Assembly (NCBI GenBank): GCA_965205425.1
Contig: CBDBGZ010000005.1
Span: 79,840-143,839 of the forward strand
Reading direction: 5' to 3'
DNA: 64,000 nt
DNA from: Nitrosopumilus sp.
GTDB taxonomy: Archaea > Thermoproteota > Nitrososphaeria > Nitrososphaerales > Nitrosopumilaceae
The notes below the pieces were generated by a model. It searched no databases and had not been told where the DNA came from. It was given only the letters and a program-made list of their open reading frames with translations. Numbering within the stretch: the first letter of the stretch is position 1; every line of letters begins with the position of its first letter. The translations under genes and the position numbers were made by a program. Shown one piece after another: positions 16,812 through 27,455 of this stretch.

Positions 16812-17912
16812 ATGAATACAAAATATGTTACAATTACTATAATGTTAGTACTAGTATCATTTATTGTTCCAGCACATGCAGTACAATTAGATGGCGTAAT
16901 TCCAAAAAATTCTGAAGAGTTTTCACCAATTTTCACATTTACTAGAATTATATCAATTCAATATTCTGAAGATAGTAAGCTAGCAGAATTATTTGGAAAA
17001 ACGCAACAAGAAATGTCATTTGACATCAACTCAGAAAATGCTGCAGTTTTAATTCAGAAAATAAACTCTCAATTACAAGAAAAATCATTTGTCACAGTTT
17101 CAGAGATATCGGGAGAATATTCTGTAACCATTACTCCACAGAAAAAATCAACATCAATAGAATACAAGATAACATTACAACCAACCATGAAAGACCATTT
17201 CATTTCGGAATCAGTACTAGACGCACAGTGGAGGGGGTTCAAAATTTTAGATGAAATTCCAATAGAGACTGAATTTGGCACATATGACATTAACTCACCA
17301 ATCTCAGCATTTATGATACTTCCAGAGGTGTCTCAACATCTCTTAAACTCTGATGCAATAAAGACATTAAATTTGAAATTGATGGACACCACAGGACTAT
17401 CAGACTTGCCATTATCCAAATGGGAATCAATGTTTGATCCTACCGCCAAGATGAGTGAAACTGTAAAATTCGGATTCTCAGGCACAGTTGTGACAAACTA
17501 TTCTATGGGAATATGTACAGTATACCTTGGATTTTGTCAAGACAGAGACATTACCGTACCATTTGAGATAGATGATGAAGAGTACTCCATTCGCTCTATA
17601 GAATCCCAAGATGATGGAACCATAATCATTGAAGGGTATGTACAAGAAAGTTCTGGCAGAGTAGAATCATTTCTTGTAACAGAGAATGCCCCAGGGAAAG
17701 GAGATGAGAATGGTGCACAAGTTCCTGTACTGTATACTGTGTCAGGGGTAGGAGTAGCAATTGCTGTAGGCTTTTTTGTCTGGAGTGACAAGAAAAGTAA
17801 GAAAACAGATACAGAGCAAACAGGGATTGACCCTAGTGATTTGTCTGCAATAGCCATCGGGAAATCTGCTGGAAGTTACCAAACAAACAGAGGCACTGCA
17901 GAACTCAGATGA
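16812..17912 (+). CDS. Secreted membrane-anchored hypothetical protein
   Basis: Signal peptide (PAHA), C-terminal TM. Confidence 0.85.
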   Translation: MNTKYVTITIMLVLVSFIVPAHAVQLDGVIPKNSEEFSPIFTFTRIISIQYSEDSKLAELFGKTQQEMSFDINSENAAVLIQKINSQLQEKSFVTVSEISGEYSVTITPQKKSTSIEYKITLQPTMKDHFISESVLDAQWRGFKILDEIPIETEFGTYDINSPISAFMILPEVSQHLLNSDAIKTLNLKLMDTTGLSDLPLSKWESMFDPTAKMSETVKFGFSGTVVTNYSMGICTVYLGFCQDRDITVPFEIDDEEYSIRSIESQDDGTIIIEGYVQESSGRVESFLVTENAPGKGDENGAQVPVLYTVSGVGVAIAVGFFVWSDKKSKKTDTEQTGIDPSDLSAIAIGKSAGSYQTNRGTAELR

Positions 17913-17930
17913 TTCACTGATAAATCATCC

Positions 17931-18901
17931 GGCCTTGTAGAAACCATAATAAAATAACAAAATCTAATTTTCTAATCCTGTAAGCATTGTATGCAATTAA
18001 CCTGTACAACATCTAATTGTCCTGAGTTGTAGCATTTCTTGATGTGACATCTCCTGACATTATCTGTTTGATCACAAAAAAGATTGTTTCAGATTTGTTT
18101 CTCTGATGGTACAATTGTACAGGAAAGTTCCTCTTCATCTCCTTTCTGTGAATTCCGCTGGTTCTGTAAATTGGAACTGTTCTATATCGAGTTGGAATTA
18201 TTGCAGCTGTGTTGATCTGTTCTGCACCAACATGGTTATTCTCATCATCAAAACCCATGTCACCTAACACAATATCAACTGGAACAATATTGTTGGTTTT
18301 GTACAACAATGGCAGAAAATCAGGATTATCATGTTGCATGTTGTGGTGTGTCATGACACAGCAAACAAGCTGTGTATTCATGTCAGCACAAACAACAACT
18401 TTTAGGAAATTCCTGCGTAACTGTACTCTTTTTGTATAATAGTATGATGCTGTACTGTAACTGAATCCGCTACCATCAATTCCAGCTAGAACCAGTCTGA
18501 CTTTTTTGTACAAAATGAATTCCTGCAACATTTTATGTAACAGATTTCCTTCCAGTCTTGCAGCTGCCTTTTGTAGTGTGGTGTAATGTGGAATGGTAGA
18601 CAAACCAAGATATTCCTGAATTCCTACACATTCTTCTAAAAATTCTGTAAATCTTCTATAACTCTTTGATTCGTACTGTCGTATTGCCAAGAGTATGAGA
18701 TGTGTCCAAACAGAATAGATATGATTTGATTTTGGATGTAAGAACCTAGGAATTCTGCATCTGGTGATTATATTGAGTAGTGTTTTGCACATTTTGACGT
18801 ATGATGAGACCATACTGTAATCTGCAAATACAATCCTAATGGATCTAAATTAGCTAAAATGTATCACAATTGGGTTAAAATCAGATGGTTTCTACAAGGC
18901 C
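17931..18901 (-). mobile_element. IS5/IS4-like insertion sequence, copy 1 (971 bp)
   Basis: Perfect TIR GGCCTTGTAGAAACCA; 9-bp TSD AAATCATCC (17922-17930 / 18902-18910). Confidence 0.92.
18013..18813 (-). CDS. tnp: DDE transposase (DDE_Tnp_1-like), premature TAG
   Basis: IDGSGF, GDMGFD, YHQRNKSETIF; copy 2 has GAG at the stop position. Confidence 0.85.
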   Translation of the reverse strand: MVSSYVKMCKTLLNIITRCRIPRFLHPKSNHIYSVWTHLILLAIRQYESKSYRRFTEFLEECVGIQEYLGLSTIPHYTTLQKAAARLEGNLLHKMLQEFILYKKVRLVLAGIDGSGFSYSTASYYYTKRVQLRRNFLKVVVCADMNTQLVCCVMTHHNMQHDNPDFLPLLYKTNNIVPVDIVLGDMGFDDENNHVGAEQINTAAIIPTRYRTVPIYRTSGIHRKEMKRNFPVQLYHQRNKSETIFFVIKQIMSGDVTSRNATTQDN

Positions 18902-19024
18902 AAATCATCCATCGTGGTTAAATACAAATTTTGAAAGACAAATTGCCTAACACATGTGGAGTTTGATGAGTAATCATCAAATTTCATGAATTATTCTAAA
19001 ATAAAAAAAGAAAAATCAATCACA

Positions 19025-19438
19025 CTATTTTGTTTGTGTGAAAGGAGTTACCCAAGTTTGGATAATGTTTTTGTTTAATTCAGCAAATGCATTAACGTTG
19101 TCGTTAAATGTTTTGAAATTTTGAACAGTTGCTTCAATGGCAGTTTTTACCATTTGATTATTTACTGTACTTGCTTGAACAAATTGCTTGTTAGTATCAA
19201 CAATTGCAGTTTTTGCAGAATCTGGAATTTCAGTATTGATTCCAGATTTTTTTGCAAATTCTTGTTGCATAGATACTGTAGCGTTAATTGTTTTTTGACA
19301 AGTTTTCATACATTCGTTTTGCAATTCTGTTGCAGATTGAAAATATTGTGGGGTTAGTTTTGAAATATTTTCAAAGTATTTCTGAACATTTTGCTTGTAC
19401 ATTGCAAATGCGTCGCTGTTTTGAGATTGTGTACTCAT
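19025..19438 (-). CDS. Phasin-like amphipathic helical protein
   Basis: Q/N/T-rich helical composition, no TM. Confidence 0.55.
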   Translation of the reverse strand: MSTQSQNSDAFAMYKQNVQKYFENISKLTPQYFQSATELQNECMKTCQKTINATVSMQQEFAKKSGINTEIPDSAKTAIVDTNKQFVQASTVNNQMVKTAIEATVQNFKTFNDNVNAFAELNKNIIQTWVTPFTQTK

Positions 19439-19544
19439 AATATGATGGGCGCATTAGTGGTATATAAGTATTGGTAATGAGTGGTAATGAATGTCATTTA
19501 ATGGTGTATAATGAGTAATTTTGGTTATTTTAGGCATAGATTAT

Positions 19545-19619
19545 TGTTTGTTCAAATGAACGAACATAATTTTTGTTTGTTCAAATGAACGAATGAGTGT
19601 TTGTTCAAATGAACGAACA
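19545..19619. repeat. Three copies of near-palindrome TGTTTGTTCAAATGAACGAA(CA)
   Basis: Starts at 19545, 19574, 19598 between divergent genes. Confidence 0.9.
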
Positions 19620-19672
19620 TTACAATAATCAAATCAGGATATCTTTAAGTTCATAATTCATATAAAAAATCC

Positions 19673-19936
19673 ATGACAGATTATGATGAAGCAGGGCGAC
19701 TCATTATTTCCAGAGCTAAACAGATAGATGCAATTCCTGAAACATGTTATAATTGCAATAGTGATGATCTTCAAATGATCATGACTCATGTTGATGGAGG
19801 TAGTTGGATATGCTTGGCATGTAATAGTTTAAACTCATATGAACCATCTATGAAATTAACAAAAAACATGCCTTTCTCCATGTTAAATTTAGGAAAAGAT
19901 GAAATTGTATTTGTTCCTGAATGGGATTTTGAATAA
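19673..19936 (+). CDS. Zn-ribbon protein
   Basis: CYNC...CLAC. Confidence 0.75.
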   Translation: MTDYDEAGRLIISRAKQIDAIPETCYNCNSDDLQMIMTHVDGGSWICLACNSLNSYEPSMKLTKNMPFSMLNLGKDEIVFVPEWDFE

Positions 19937-19945
19937 CTAAAAAAA

Positions 19946-22138
19946 TTATGCTTTATCGATAAAATCATTAACATCTGGTGGTTCTGGTGCCAATCCCTTT
20001 CGCTTTCTAATGTCAGCTACTGCAGGACCTAACATAGATTTTGGAACTTCAGTCCATTCCTTAAATGAGGTATTCCATGTTGCACGGCCGGCAGTTTGGC
20101 CTCTCATTGCTTCAGATAGTGTAAATGTCTCAGAAGCTGGAATCTCACCAACAACAATACTTGATGCACCTTTTTGTGACATGTCAAGTACTTTGCCTCG
20201 TTTACCTGAAAGTATAGTTGCAACATTTCCAACCAAATCAGTGGGTACACGAACTTCAATTGCTAGAGTTGGCTCTAACACGGCAGTACCTGCTGTGAGC
20301 AAAGCACCCATACATGCACGTCTTGATGCAGGTCCTAATTGAGACAAACCTCTGTGTGCTGTATCCTCATGAGGAACAAAGTGAGTAAAGATGAATTTAC
20401 AATCCCTCATCTGTTCTTTACAGAGAGGACCCTCTTTCATTACTTCTTCAAATCCTGAATTAATAGAATCAGTTGATTCTTGTACAAATTGAACACCTTT
20501 TGTTCCATTAATCAAAACATTACCACGTGAATCAAATTTCATTACTCTTTTGATTGTATCAGTATCCCATCCATTCTCTTTTAGTAAATCAGAAACTACT
20601 TTCTTGTCTTTGATATCAGAGATCTCCCCAGTTCTTAACATGTGTGCAATTTCAGGTTCCAATGGCTCTACTTTCATGAAAATTTTATTGTGTCTGTTTG
20701 GTGATTTTGACATGATTGGTTCACATCCACCCTTTACAGTTTCTCTGTAGTTAATCAAAGGTTCAGATGTTACAATCTCACATTTTGCATCTTGGATTCT
20801 GTGTGTTGCAACATCTAAGTGTAATACACCCATTCCTGCAACAATTGTCTCACCAGATTCCTCATCAATTTTTACAACAAGATTTGGATCCTCAATGGTT
20901 AGTTGTTTTAAAATATCTACTAATTTAGGTAAATCTTTAGGATGTTTTGGTTCAATTGCAATTTGAACAACTGGTTCTGAAACATATTTGACTCCTTCAA
21001 ACATAGGGATTCCTTTGATTGAAGATAAGGTGTTTCCAGCTCTACATTCAGTTAATCCCAATAATGCCGGAATGTTTCCTGCACCTAGTTCACCAACTTG
21101 TTCTCTTTGGTTACCCATAAAGAAATTGACTGATTGAACACGTCCTTCTCTTTTTTCATCTATAATGTGTAAAGTTTGACCGTCTTTGATAGTACCTGAA
21201 AATAGTCTTCCAATTGCAACAGGTCCTGCTGCAGGATCTAAAACCATGTTTACAACCATCATAATTGTTGGACCATCATCATCTCCTGCTAGTAATGCTT
21301 TACCAACGTCAGAGTCTAAATCACCTTTCCAAATTTGTGGAATTCTATACTTGATTGCATCATGTGGTGCTGGATGATGTTTTACTACCATTCCAAGTAC
21401 TGCATCAGCTAGTGGTGCTTTTTCAATTAGTGCTTCAAGTTTTTCATCATTATATGCATCAATTACATCTTTGAATGTTATTCCTCGCTCTTTCATTAAA
21501 TCAGTGTTAATTGCCCATCTATCTTTTGCTGAACCAAATGTTACACTAGCATCTTGAATAGAAACTTTCCATTTCTCTTTGTATTCAGGTTCTGCATATG
21601 TGTCAACTAGTGTATTGAAATTTGCAACCACTTCGGCTAATTGGGCTTGCATTTTTTCTGGAGTTAATCTTAGTTCTTTGATGAGTCTGTCTACTTTGTT
21701 GATAAACAAAACAGGTTTTACTCTTTCTTCAAGAGCCATTCTAGTTACAGTTTCAGTTTGTGTCATGATGCCTTCTACTGCATCACAAACTACTACTGCA
21801 CCATCAATTGCTCTTAATGAACGAATTACTCTTCCACTGAAATCTACGTGGCCCGGGGTATCAATCATGTTAATTACGTATTCTTGATCTTTTTGGGCAA
21901 AGAGCAAGGTAACGTTTGCTTGGTAAATTGTAATTCCTCTTTCCTGCTCTTCTTTATCAAAGTCCATCGCAAGGGCTTTTCCAGCAGCTGAAGGGGCAAT
22001 AATTCCAGAATTTGCCAAAAGGCTGTCAGACATTGTTGTCTTTCCATGATCTACGTGAGCAATGACACCAAAGTTACGAATGTTGTCTTTGTTCTTGATA
22101 ATTTTCATTACCTCTGAAGTAGACTTGAATTTTGCCAT
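19946..22138 (-). CDS. fusA: Translation elongation factor 2 (aEF-2)
   Basis: AHVDHGKTT, DTPGH, NKVD; diphthamide loop HEDTAHRG; 730 aa. Confidence 0.98.
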   Translation of the reverse strand: MAKFKSTSEVMKIIKNKDNIRNFGVIAHVDHGKTTMSDSLLANSGIIAPSAAGKALAMDFDKEEQERGITIYQANVTLLFAQKDQEYVINMIDTPGHVDFSGRVIRSLRAIDGAVVVCDAVEGIMTQTETVTRMALEERVKPVLFINKVDRLIKELRLTPEKMQAQLAEVVANFNTLVDTYAEPEYKEKWKVSIQDASVTFGSAKDRWAINTDLMKERGITFKDVIDAYNDEKLEALIEKAPLADAVLGMVVKHHPAPHDAIKYRIPQIWKGDLDSDVGKALLAGDDDGPTIMMVVNMVLDPAAGPVAIGRLFSGTIKDGQTLHIIDEKREGRVQSVNFFMGNQREQVGELGAGNIPALLGLTECRAGNTLSSIKGIPMFEGVKYVSEPVVQIAIEPKHPKDLPKLVDILKQLTIEDPNLVVKIDEESGETIVAGMGVLHLDVATHRIQDAKCEIVTSEPLINYRETVKGGCEPIMSKSPNRHNKIFMKVEPLEPEIAHMLRTGEISDIKDKKVVSDLLKENGWDTDTIKRVMKFDSRGNVLINGTKGVQFVQESTDSINSGFEEVMKEGPLCKEQMRDCKFIFTHFVPHEDTAHRGLSQLGPASRRACMGALLTAGTAVLEPTLAIEVRVPTDLVGNVATILSGKRGKVLDMSQKGASSIVVGEIPASETFTLSEAMRGQTAGRATWNTSFKEWTEVPKSMLGPAVADIRKRKGLAPEPPDVNDFIDKA

Positions 22139-22186
22139 ATTCGCAAAACTTTGGATTCAGGTATTAAACCTTAGTTTTTGAAAAGA

Positions 22187-23088
22187 TCAGTAGATCATAC
22201 GGTTAGAAACGCCACGAATCTTTTTTGCTGTCACAAAATGGCATTCTTTCTTGTGAGCCCTTTTAGCCTCATTTAGAGAAATTAGTTGTGAAAAAAAGAT
22301 GCAATAGATCACCTGAGCTAGTTTTTCTTTTGGCACATCAGGATGAATCACATTAATTCCAATATTTTTGAGGTTTTTCCCAGTTGTTTTGTGTGGGGAT
22401 TTTTCTCTTCAAAAATAATTACAGTGTCTCCTTTTTTTACTGAAAACAACTCCATGTGAGAAAACTGTTCAATTCTTGAATAGTGTACATCATACCCTAA
22501 AATTTCATAAAACTTTGCAGCACAATACATCGCAATTGGAAATGTATACAAATTTCCTAGAACAAAAATTCTCTTTGAGAGTTTTGCTTTTTTTGCAGAG
22601 GTTGCAGCTTTTACAAATAGTGAGATATTTGGAATTTTGATATTTTTTACTAACGAAATACAAGTTAATGCACTTTCTAAAAATGAAATACTACCGGCAG
22701 TAAAAACACCAGAATTTTGGGAATTTAGAAAAATTATCCCATCTGATGCTTTTGCCAATCGACTTTGAGGCTGAGAAGTTATAGCAACTGCTTTTTTTAC
22801 AATCTTTGCCATCTTGATGTTAGTTATGGTGTTTCCTGAAATTGATACAAAATAGATTTGTTTTAATTTTGCAAAAGATTTGTTTTGATACAAGTCTAGT
22901 GGATCCATAGCCTTGACCAAACCGTCTGAAAAGGACTCTGCAAGTAATGAGGAAACCAAGGAATCTCCACTACCTGAAAAAAGGATATTTTTTTGACTAG
23001 ATGTAGATAATGCTTTTTGTTTTTTGAAAGATTTTAGAAAATCTAGTTGTAATTTTATATCATTTTCATAAGCTTCAATAGAATTCAT
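22187..23088 (-). CDS. SIS-domain sugar isomerase-like protein, 1-nt frameshift near 22375
   Basis: FSGSGDS, VSISGNT, EQFSHMELF; C-terminus continues in another frame (NLKNIGINVIHPD...SNRMIY). Confidence 0.75.
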
Positions 23089-23167
23089 GATAGAAATTAA
23101 TTTTTGACATAGAAAAACTATTCCTAGCAGGTTTTGGTATTTATTACCAGAATCAAGGAAGACAGAT

Positions 23168-23995
23168 ATGGAAATTTCTGTCGGACACACCCCAGATTCA
23201 GATGATGCATTCATGTTTTACGGAATGTTTACAGACAAAGTCCCATCCCCAGATTTTAAGGTAAATCATGTAATTGAGGATATTGAGAAATTAAATCGTA
23301 AAGCAACTGATCCAGAGCTTGATGTTACTGCAGTTTCAGTACATGCATGTGCATTCATTCCAGGATATACAATCTTGAGAAGTGGTGGAAGTTTTGGAAT
23401 TAACTATGGTCCGATTGTAACTGCCAAAAAAATGATGACCATAGATGAGATTAAAAAATGTAAAATTGCAATTCCAGGAAAAATGACATCAGCATTTTTG
23501 TTACTCCAATTAATGATTGGAAAGTTTGATTATGTTGAGATGAATTTCAGTGACATTCCAGAAGCTGTCAAATCAGGTAAAGTTGATGTAGGATTAGTGA
23601 TTCACGAAACTCAATTATCGTATGAACAAGAAGGCAATGTCAAAATTTTAGATGTGGGAGAATGGTGGGATAAAACTACAAACGGACTACCAGTACCTCT
23701 AGGAATCAATGTCATGAGAACAGACCTAGGCATGGATACAATAGTAAAGTTTGACAAATATCTACAAAAATCAATCGAATTTGGAATTGAACATTTTGAT
23801 GATGCCATTGAATATGCAATGCAATATTCCAGAGGCAAAGAGAGAAGTCTTATTGAGAAATTTGTAAAAATGTATGTAAACAAGGTTACTGTAAACATGG
23901 GAGACCCAGGTGAGGAATCAATTAGACGAATGTTTGCAATGGCAAAAGAGAAAGGATTAGTTCCAAACTTTGAAATCAGTATTGCCAACAAGTAG
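23168..23995 (+). CDS. mqnD: 1,4-dihydroxy-6-naphthoate synthase (futalosine pathway)
   Basis: GHTPDSDDAFMFY, GLVIHE, LPVPLG. Confidence 0.9.
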   Translation: MEISVGHTPDSDDAFMFYGMFTDKVPSPDFKVNHVIEDIEKLNRKATDPELDVTAVSVHACAFIPGYTILRSGGSFGINYGPIVTAKKMMTIDEIKKCKIAIPGKMTSAFLLLQLMIGKFDYVEMNFSDIPEAVKSGKVDVGLVIHETQLSYEQEGNVKILDVGEWWDKTTNGLPVPLGINVMRTDLGMDTIVKFDKYLQKSIEFGIEHFDDAIEYAMQYSRGKERSLIEKFVKMYVNKVTVNMGDPGEESIRRMFAMAKEKGLVPNFEISIANK

Positions 23996-24021
23996 TTATA
24001 GAACAGAAAAAAATTAACATT

Positions 24022-24312
24022 ATGGGAGATGGAATCGGTGGTGCAGTACTTTCAATTCTTACAAATAATGCTTTTGAAATGCTAATTAGCCATACAAGAA
24101 AAGACAATCAAGAGCAATATGGTAAAGTAGAAAAAATCATAATGAGTAAAATAGATGATCCTGAACAACCACAATACGAAGAAAAAACTAAAGAAGATTT
24201 AGAGCGAGCACTCAAGGGGAAATTTGTTTCATGTAATGTACAATACAGAGATGAAAAAACAGATGCACTGGTTTGCAACGTTTTTGTTCAAAGACCACCT
24301 GAAGGATTTTAG
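24022..24312 (+). CDS. Conserved hypothetical (SNase/OB-like) protein
   Basis: 96-aa ORF following mqnD. Confidence 0.65.
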   Translation: MGDGIGGAVLSILTNNAFEMLISHTRKDNQEQYGKVEKIIMSKIDDPEQPQYEEKTKEDLERALKGKFVSCNVQYRDEKTDALVCNVFVQRPPEGF

Positions 24313-24359
24313 AAATTACAAAATACCTAATATATGGTAAAAGTCAATTAGTAATAGAT

Positions 24360-24635
24360 ATGGTTCTTATCGATAAACGAATTCTCTCAGGAGGAATAGC
24401 AATGATCATTGCAGGAATCATAGTCACCATAGCATCGGCTGAACAACCAATAGGAGAATCGGGAATGAGTGAAGAAGAGGTTATCGATTTACTGATAGCT
24501 GAAGACCAAAACCAAGCTTATCAGATGTTGTCAGGTATTCTAGTAGGTATTGGATTTTTACTAGTTTTGATTAGTTTTGGTGCAAGAAGGAAAAAAGACA
24601 GTGTAACAAGAAAAGAGAAGAAACCGGCTGAATGA
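24360..24635 (+). CDS. 2-TM membrane protein
   Basis: Two hydrophobic helices. Confidence 0.75.
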   Translation: MVLIDKRILSGGIAMIIAGIIVTIASAEQPIGESGMSEEEVIDLLIAEDQNQAYQMLSGILVGIGFLLVLISFGARRKKDSVTRKEKKPAE

Positions 24636-24647
24636 TTTTAAAATAAA

Positions 24648-24902
24648 TTACTTATACAAATCAAACTTTTTCTTACAAGTTCCACAAAATCGTTGCTTTG
24701 TTTTCTTACTTTCTGTGCCTAAATCAGAACCACATCGGTCACATTTCTTTTTAATCAAGGTTCTGTTCCAATTCAAATTTACCCATATTTTCCCATCTTT
24801 GAATGTTGGTTTTACTATGAGGGTATTAGAATAATTCAGATTACACAAAAATGAAGAAGATATTATTAAGTAAAAATTAGCAAATGAGACATCTTGATTC
24901 AA
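24648..24902 (-). CDS. Small Zn-finger protein (true start probably internal)
   Basis: CDRC...CGTC. Confidence 0.55.
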   Translation of the reverse strand: MNQDVSFANFYLIISSSFLCNLNYSNTLIVKPTFKDGKIWVNLNWNRTLIKKKCDRCGSDLGTESKKTKQRFCGTCKKKFDLYK

Positions 24903-25199
24903 GCAGAAATCAGCATATATCCAATGGCAACTAAAACGACTAGTGTTAGTTTTTACATTGCAAAAGCAATTGAATCAATCCAAAAAATAGAAAATCTCAG
25001 ATATAAAATCAACCCAATGGGGACAATTCTAGAATCAGATAATATGGATGTAATAAACACCGCAACAAAACAAATGATGGAGACAGTTCACAATCTAGGA
25101 ATAGCAAGAGTTGAGGTAATAATCAAAATAGATTCAAGACGAGACAAACATGTCAAAATGGAAGAAAAACTAGATTCAATTAAAAAACAGATGAGTTAG
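24894..25199 (+). CDS. MTH1187-family thiamine-binding protein
   Basis: AEISIYP...INPMGTILE...IDSRRDK. Confidence 0.85.
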   Translation: MIQAEISIYPMATKTTSVSFYIAKAIESIQKIENLRYKINPMGTILESDNMDVINTATKQMMETVHNLGIARVEVIIKIDSRRDKHVKMEEKLDSIKKQMS

Positions 25200-26314
25200 A
25201 ATTTTTTCAAAATATCAAAGTGAGTATTTCTTTGTGCAGGATTTCTACCAACCTCTTTTACCATTGTTGCTAATTCATCAACTGATGAAGAGGTTGCTTT
25301 TCCTGCAGCTTTGTAAATTTCTTCAGAGAAGGCAGTTCCAACTAAATCATTGCCCCCATTAGATAATGCAACTTGAGCTAATTTTTTGCCATATGCAACC
25401 CAATATACCGAGATGTTGTTAAGAACATTGGCAAGCATCAATCTAGACAGTGCTACAATTCTCAAATCATAAACGGATGAACATTCATTATTTACCAAAT
25501 GCTGTTGTTCCAATTCAGTATTATCCAAACTAAATTTCAAAGGAATTAAAGTAAGAAAACCATTTGTCTTCTTTTGTAATTCTCGGATTTTGATTAAATG
25601 ATCAACAATATGTTCAGGTTTTTCAATATGTCCATAAAGCATAGTCACATTACTTTTGATATCCATATTGTGAGCCTCTTCAATTACATCAAGCCATTGT
25701 TGTCCAGTACATTTTCCACGAACTATTTTTCCTCTAATGTCAGGATGGAATAATTCTGCACCTCCACCTGGCATTGAATCAAGTCCTGCATCTTTTAGAC
25801 GAGATAAGATTTCCTTTGTAGAATTTTTAGTTAATTTTGAGAGATAATAAATTTCAGCTGCAGTTAATGCTTTGATGTTAAGTTGAGGATGACTTTTTTT
25901 GATTGCTTTCATCATATCCTCATAATATTCTAGTGGAAGTTTTGGATGAAAACCTCCAACAATGTGAACCTCAGTTGCACCCATCTGTTTTGCAATTCCA
26001 ACTCGTTGTTCGATTTCTTGAGGAGTTAACGTATATGCATCATCTGCACCGTCTTTACGATAAAATGCACACATTTGGCAACTAGCGGCACAGACATTAG
26101 TATAGTTCATGTAATATGAGGCAGCAAAAGTTACAGTGTCATTTACTAATTTTTTTCTTGAATTATCAGCTACTGCGCCAAGTAAATGTAAATTATCATA
26201 ATTCATCAATTCTAGACCATCCTTGTAAGAAAGTTCTTCTCCAGCCAAAGCACGATCTAATGCTTGAGAATCCCCTACTAGTTGTTCGAGCATATTGGTT
26301 CGTTTTCCCATCAA
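25196..26314 (-). CDS. mqnE: CofH/MqnE-family radical SAM enzyme (aminofutalosine synthase-like)
   Basis: NYTNVCAASCQMCAF, DSMPGGGAE, TMLYGHIE; near mqnD. Confidence 0.8.
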   Translation of the reverse strand: MMGKRTNMLEQLVGDSQALDRALAGEELSYKDGLELMNYDNLHLLGAVADNSRKKLVNDTVTFAASYYMNYTNVCAASCQMCAFYRKDGADDAYTLTPQEIEQRVGIAKQMGATEVHIVGGFHPKLPLEYYEDMMKAIKKSHPQLNIKALTAAEIYYLSKLTKNSTKEILSRLKDAGLDSMPGGGAELFHPDIRGKIVRGKCTGQQWLDVIEEAHNMDIKSNVTMLYGHIEKPEHIVDHLIKIRELQKKTNGFLTLIPLKFSLDNTELEQQHLVNNECSSVYDLRIVALSRLMLANVLNNISVYWVAYGKKLAQVALSNGGNDLVGTAFSEEIYKAAGKATSSSVDELATMVKEVGRNPAQRNTHFDILKKF

Positions 26315-26527
26315 GATATATTCTTTATACTCTCAAGAAATAAGTAGCCAGCCATGTAATTACTAGCATGGTACTTCCTCTAGTTGACGAACATAAGCCA
26401 AAATGTTACCTATGCCACAAGGGATTTGAGAATGTAGATAAATTAAGAGAGCACCAAAATTCAACACATAGAGACTTTTTTGAAGAAAATGAAAAACAGA
26501 ATAATCGAGAACCAGCACCTGGCGATG

Positions 26528-27028
26528 TTACTGTGTTTTAGATTTTTGTTTTTTAACAGATTTTAATAATTCTTGAGCAAGATCTTTTGAAATGATAGCT
26601 AAATCATAATGTTTGTCAACAGATAATGCTTTTTTAAAATGCTTGATTGCATTTGGAAGATCACCCATTTCTCCTAAGGAGAGTCCTTTGTAAGCAAGTG
26701 CCATAGCACATTTTTTATCAATTTTTAGAGCAACATCATAACAATCTATTGCTTCTAGATATTTTTGGTCTGAATGTAAAACCGCCCCTTTGTTTAGAAG
26801 AGCATCAAGATTATCAGGCGAGATATCAAGGGCTTTATCAAATGAACGAATAGCAAGTTTCATTTTTCCCATATTTTGTAATGTTGCTCCCTTATCAATT
26901 AGTACACTAGCATTTTGAGGTTCTTCTTTTAATGCCAAATCATATAGTTTCAAGGCTTCAGAATAATTTCCATCTTCTACACACTCAAAAGCCTGCACTA
27001 ACATCCTATCTATTTTAGAACTCACCAT
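26528..27028 (-). CDS. TPR protein
   Basis: Multiple TPR motifs. Confidence 0.9.
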   Translation of the reverse strand: MVSSKIDRMLVQAFECVEDGNYSEALKLYDLALKEEPQNASVLIDKGATLQNMGKMKLAIRSFDKALDISPDNLDALLNKGAVLHSDQKYLEAIDCYDVALKIDKKCAMALAYKGLSLGEMGDLPNAIKHFKKALSVDKHYDLAIISKDLAQELLKSVKKQKSKTQ

Positions 27029-27104
27029 CTTTGATAATATTTTGTTAATAATATAGATTGACTGAGGGTAAACAACAAATTCATATTAAAAAATGAATTT
27101 AAAG

Positions 27105-27332
27105 TTACGATGCATACTTGTCACGAGGTTCAATTTCAAGGGATTTGTTAAAACATTCCATAGACTCTTCATACCTACCCAAACTACGCAACACAACTCC
27201 TTTATTATTCCATAAATCAGGATCATCTTGATTCAAAAGAAGTGCTTGTTCAAAACATCCTAAAGCGTCATCATATTTCCCATCATCCATTAAAGAATGT
27301 CCTTTTTTGACTAAATCCTCAATTTCGCTCAT
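27105..27332 (-). CDS. TPR protein
   Basis: Two TPR motifs. Confidence 0.88.
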   Translation of the reverse strand: MSEIEDLVKKGHSLMDDGKYDDALGCFEQALLLNQDDPDLWNNKGVVLRSLGRYEESMECFNKSLEIEPRDKYAS

Positions 27333-27455
27333 AATTCAATAAAGATTCCATTTGTATTAAATTTGAAAGTTTTTTCTTCATCATAGATAGAAAAAATTAA
27401 ACAAATTTACATGAATTTCATGAAATTTTAAATAATTTTTTCACCATTATATTGT

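Noticed and set aside
19545-19619. Mini CRISPR array
   Set aside because: Gaps between repeats are under 10 nt; no cas genes in the window
20010-21887. Plus-strand ORFs within fusA (and similar antisense ORFs elsewhere)
   Set aside because: Antisense shadows of well-supported genes
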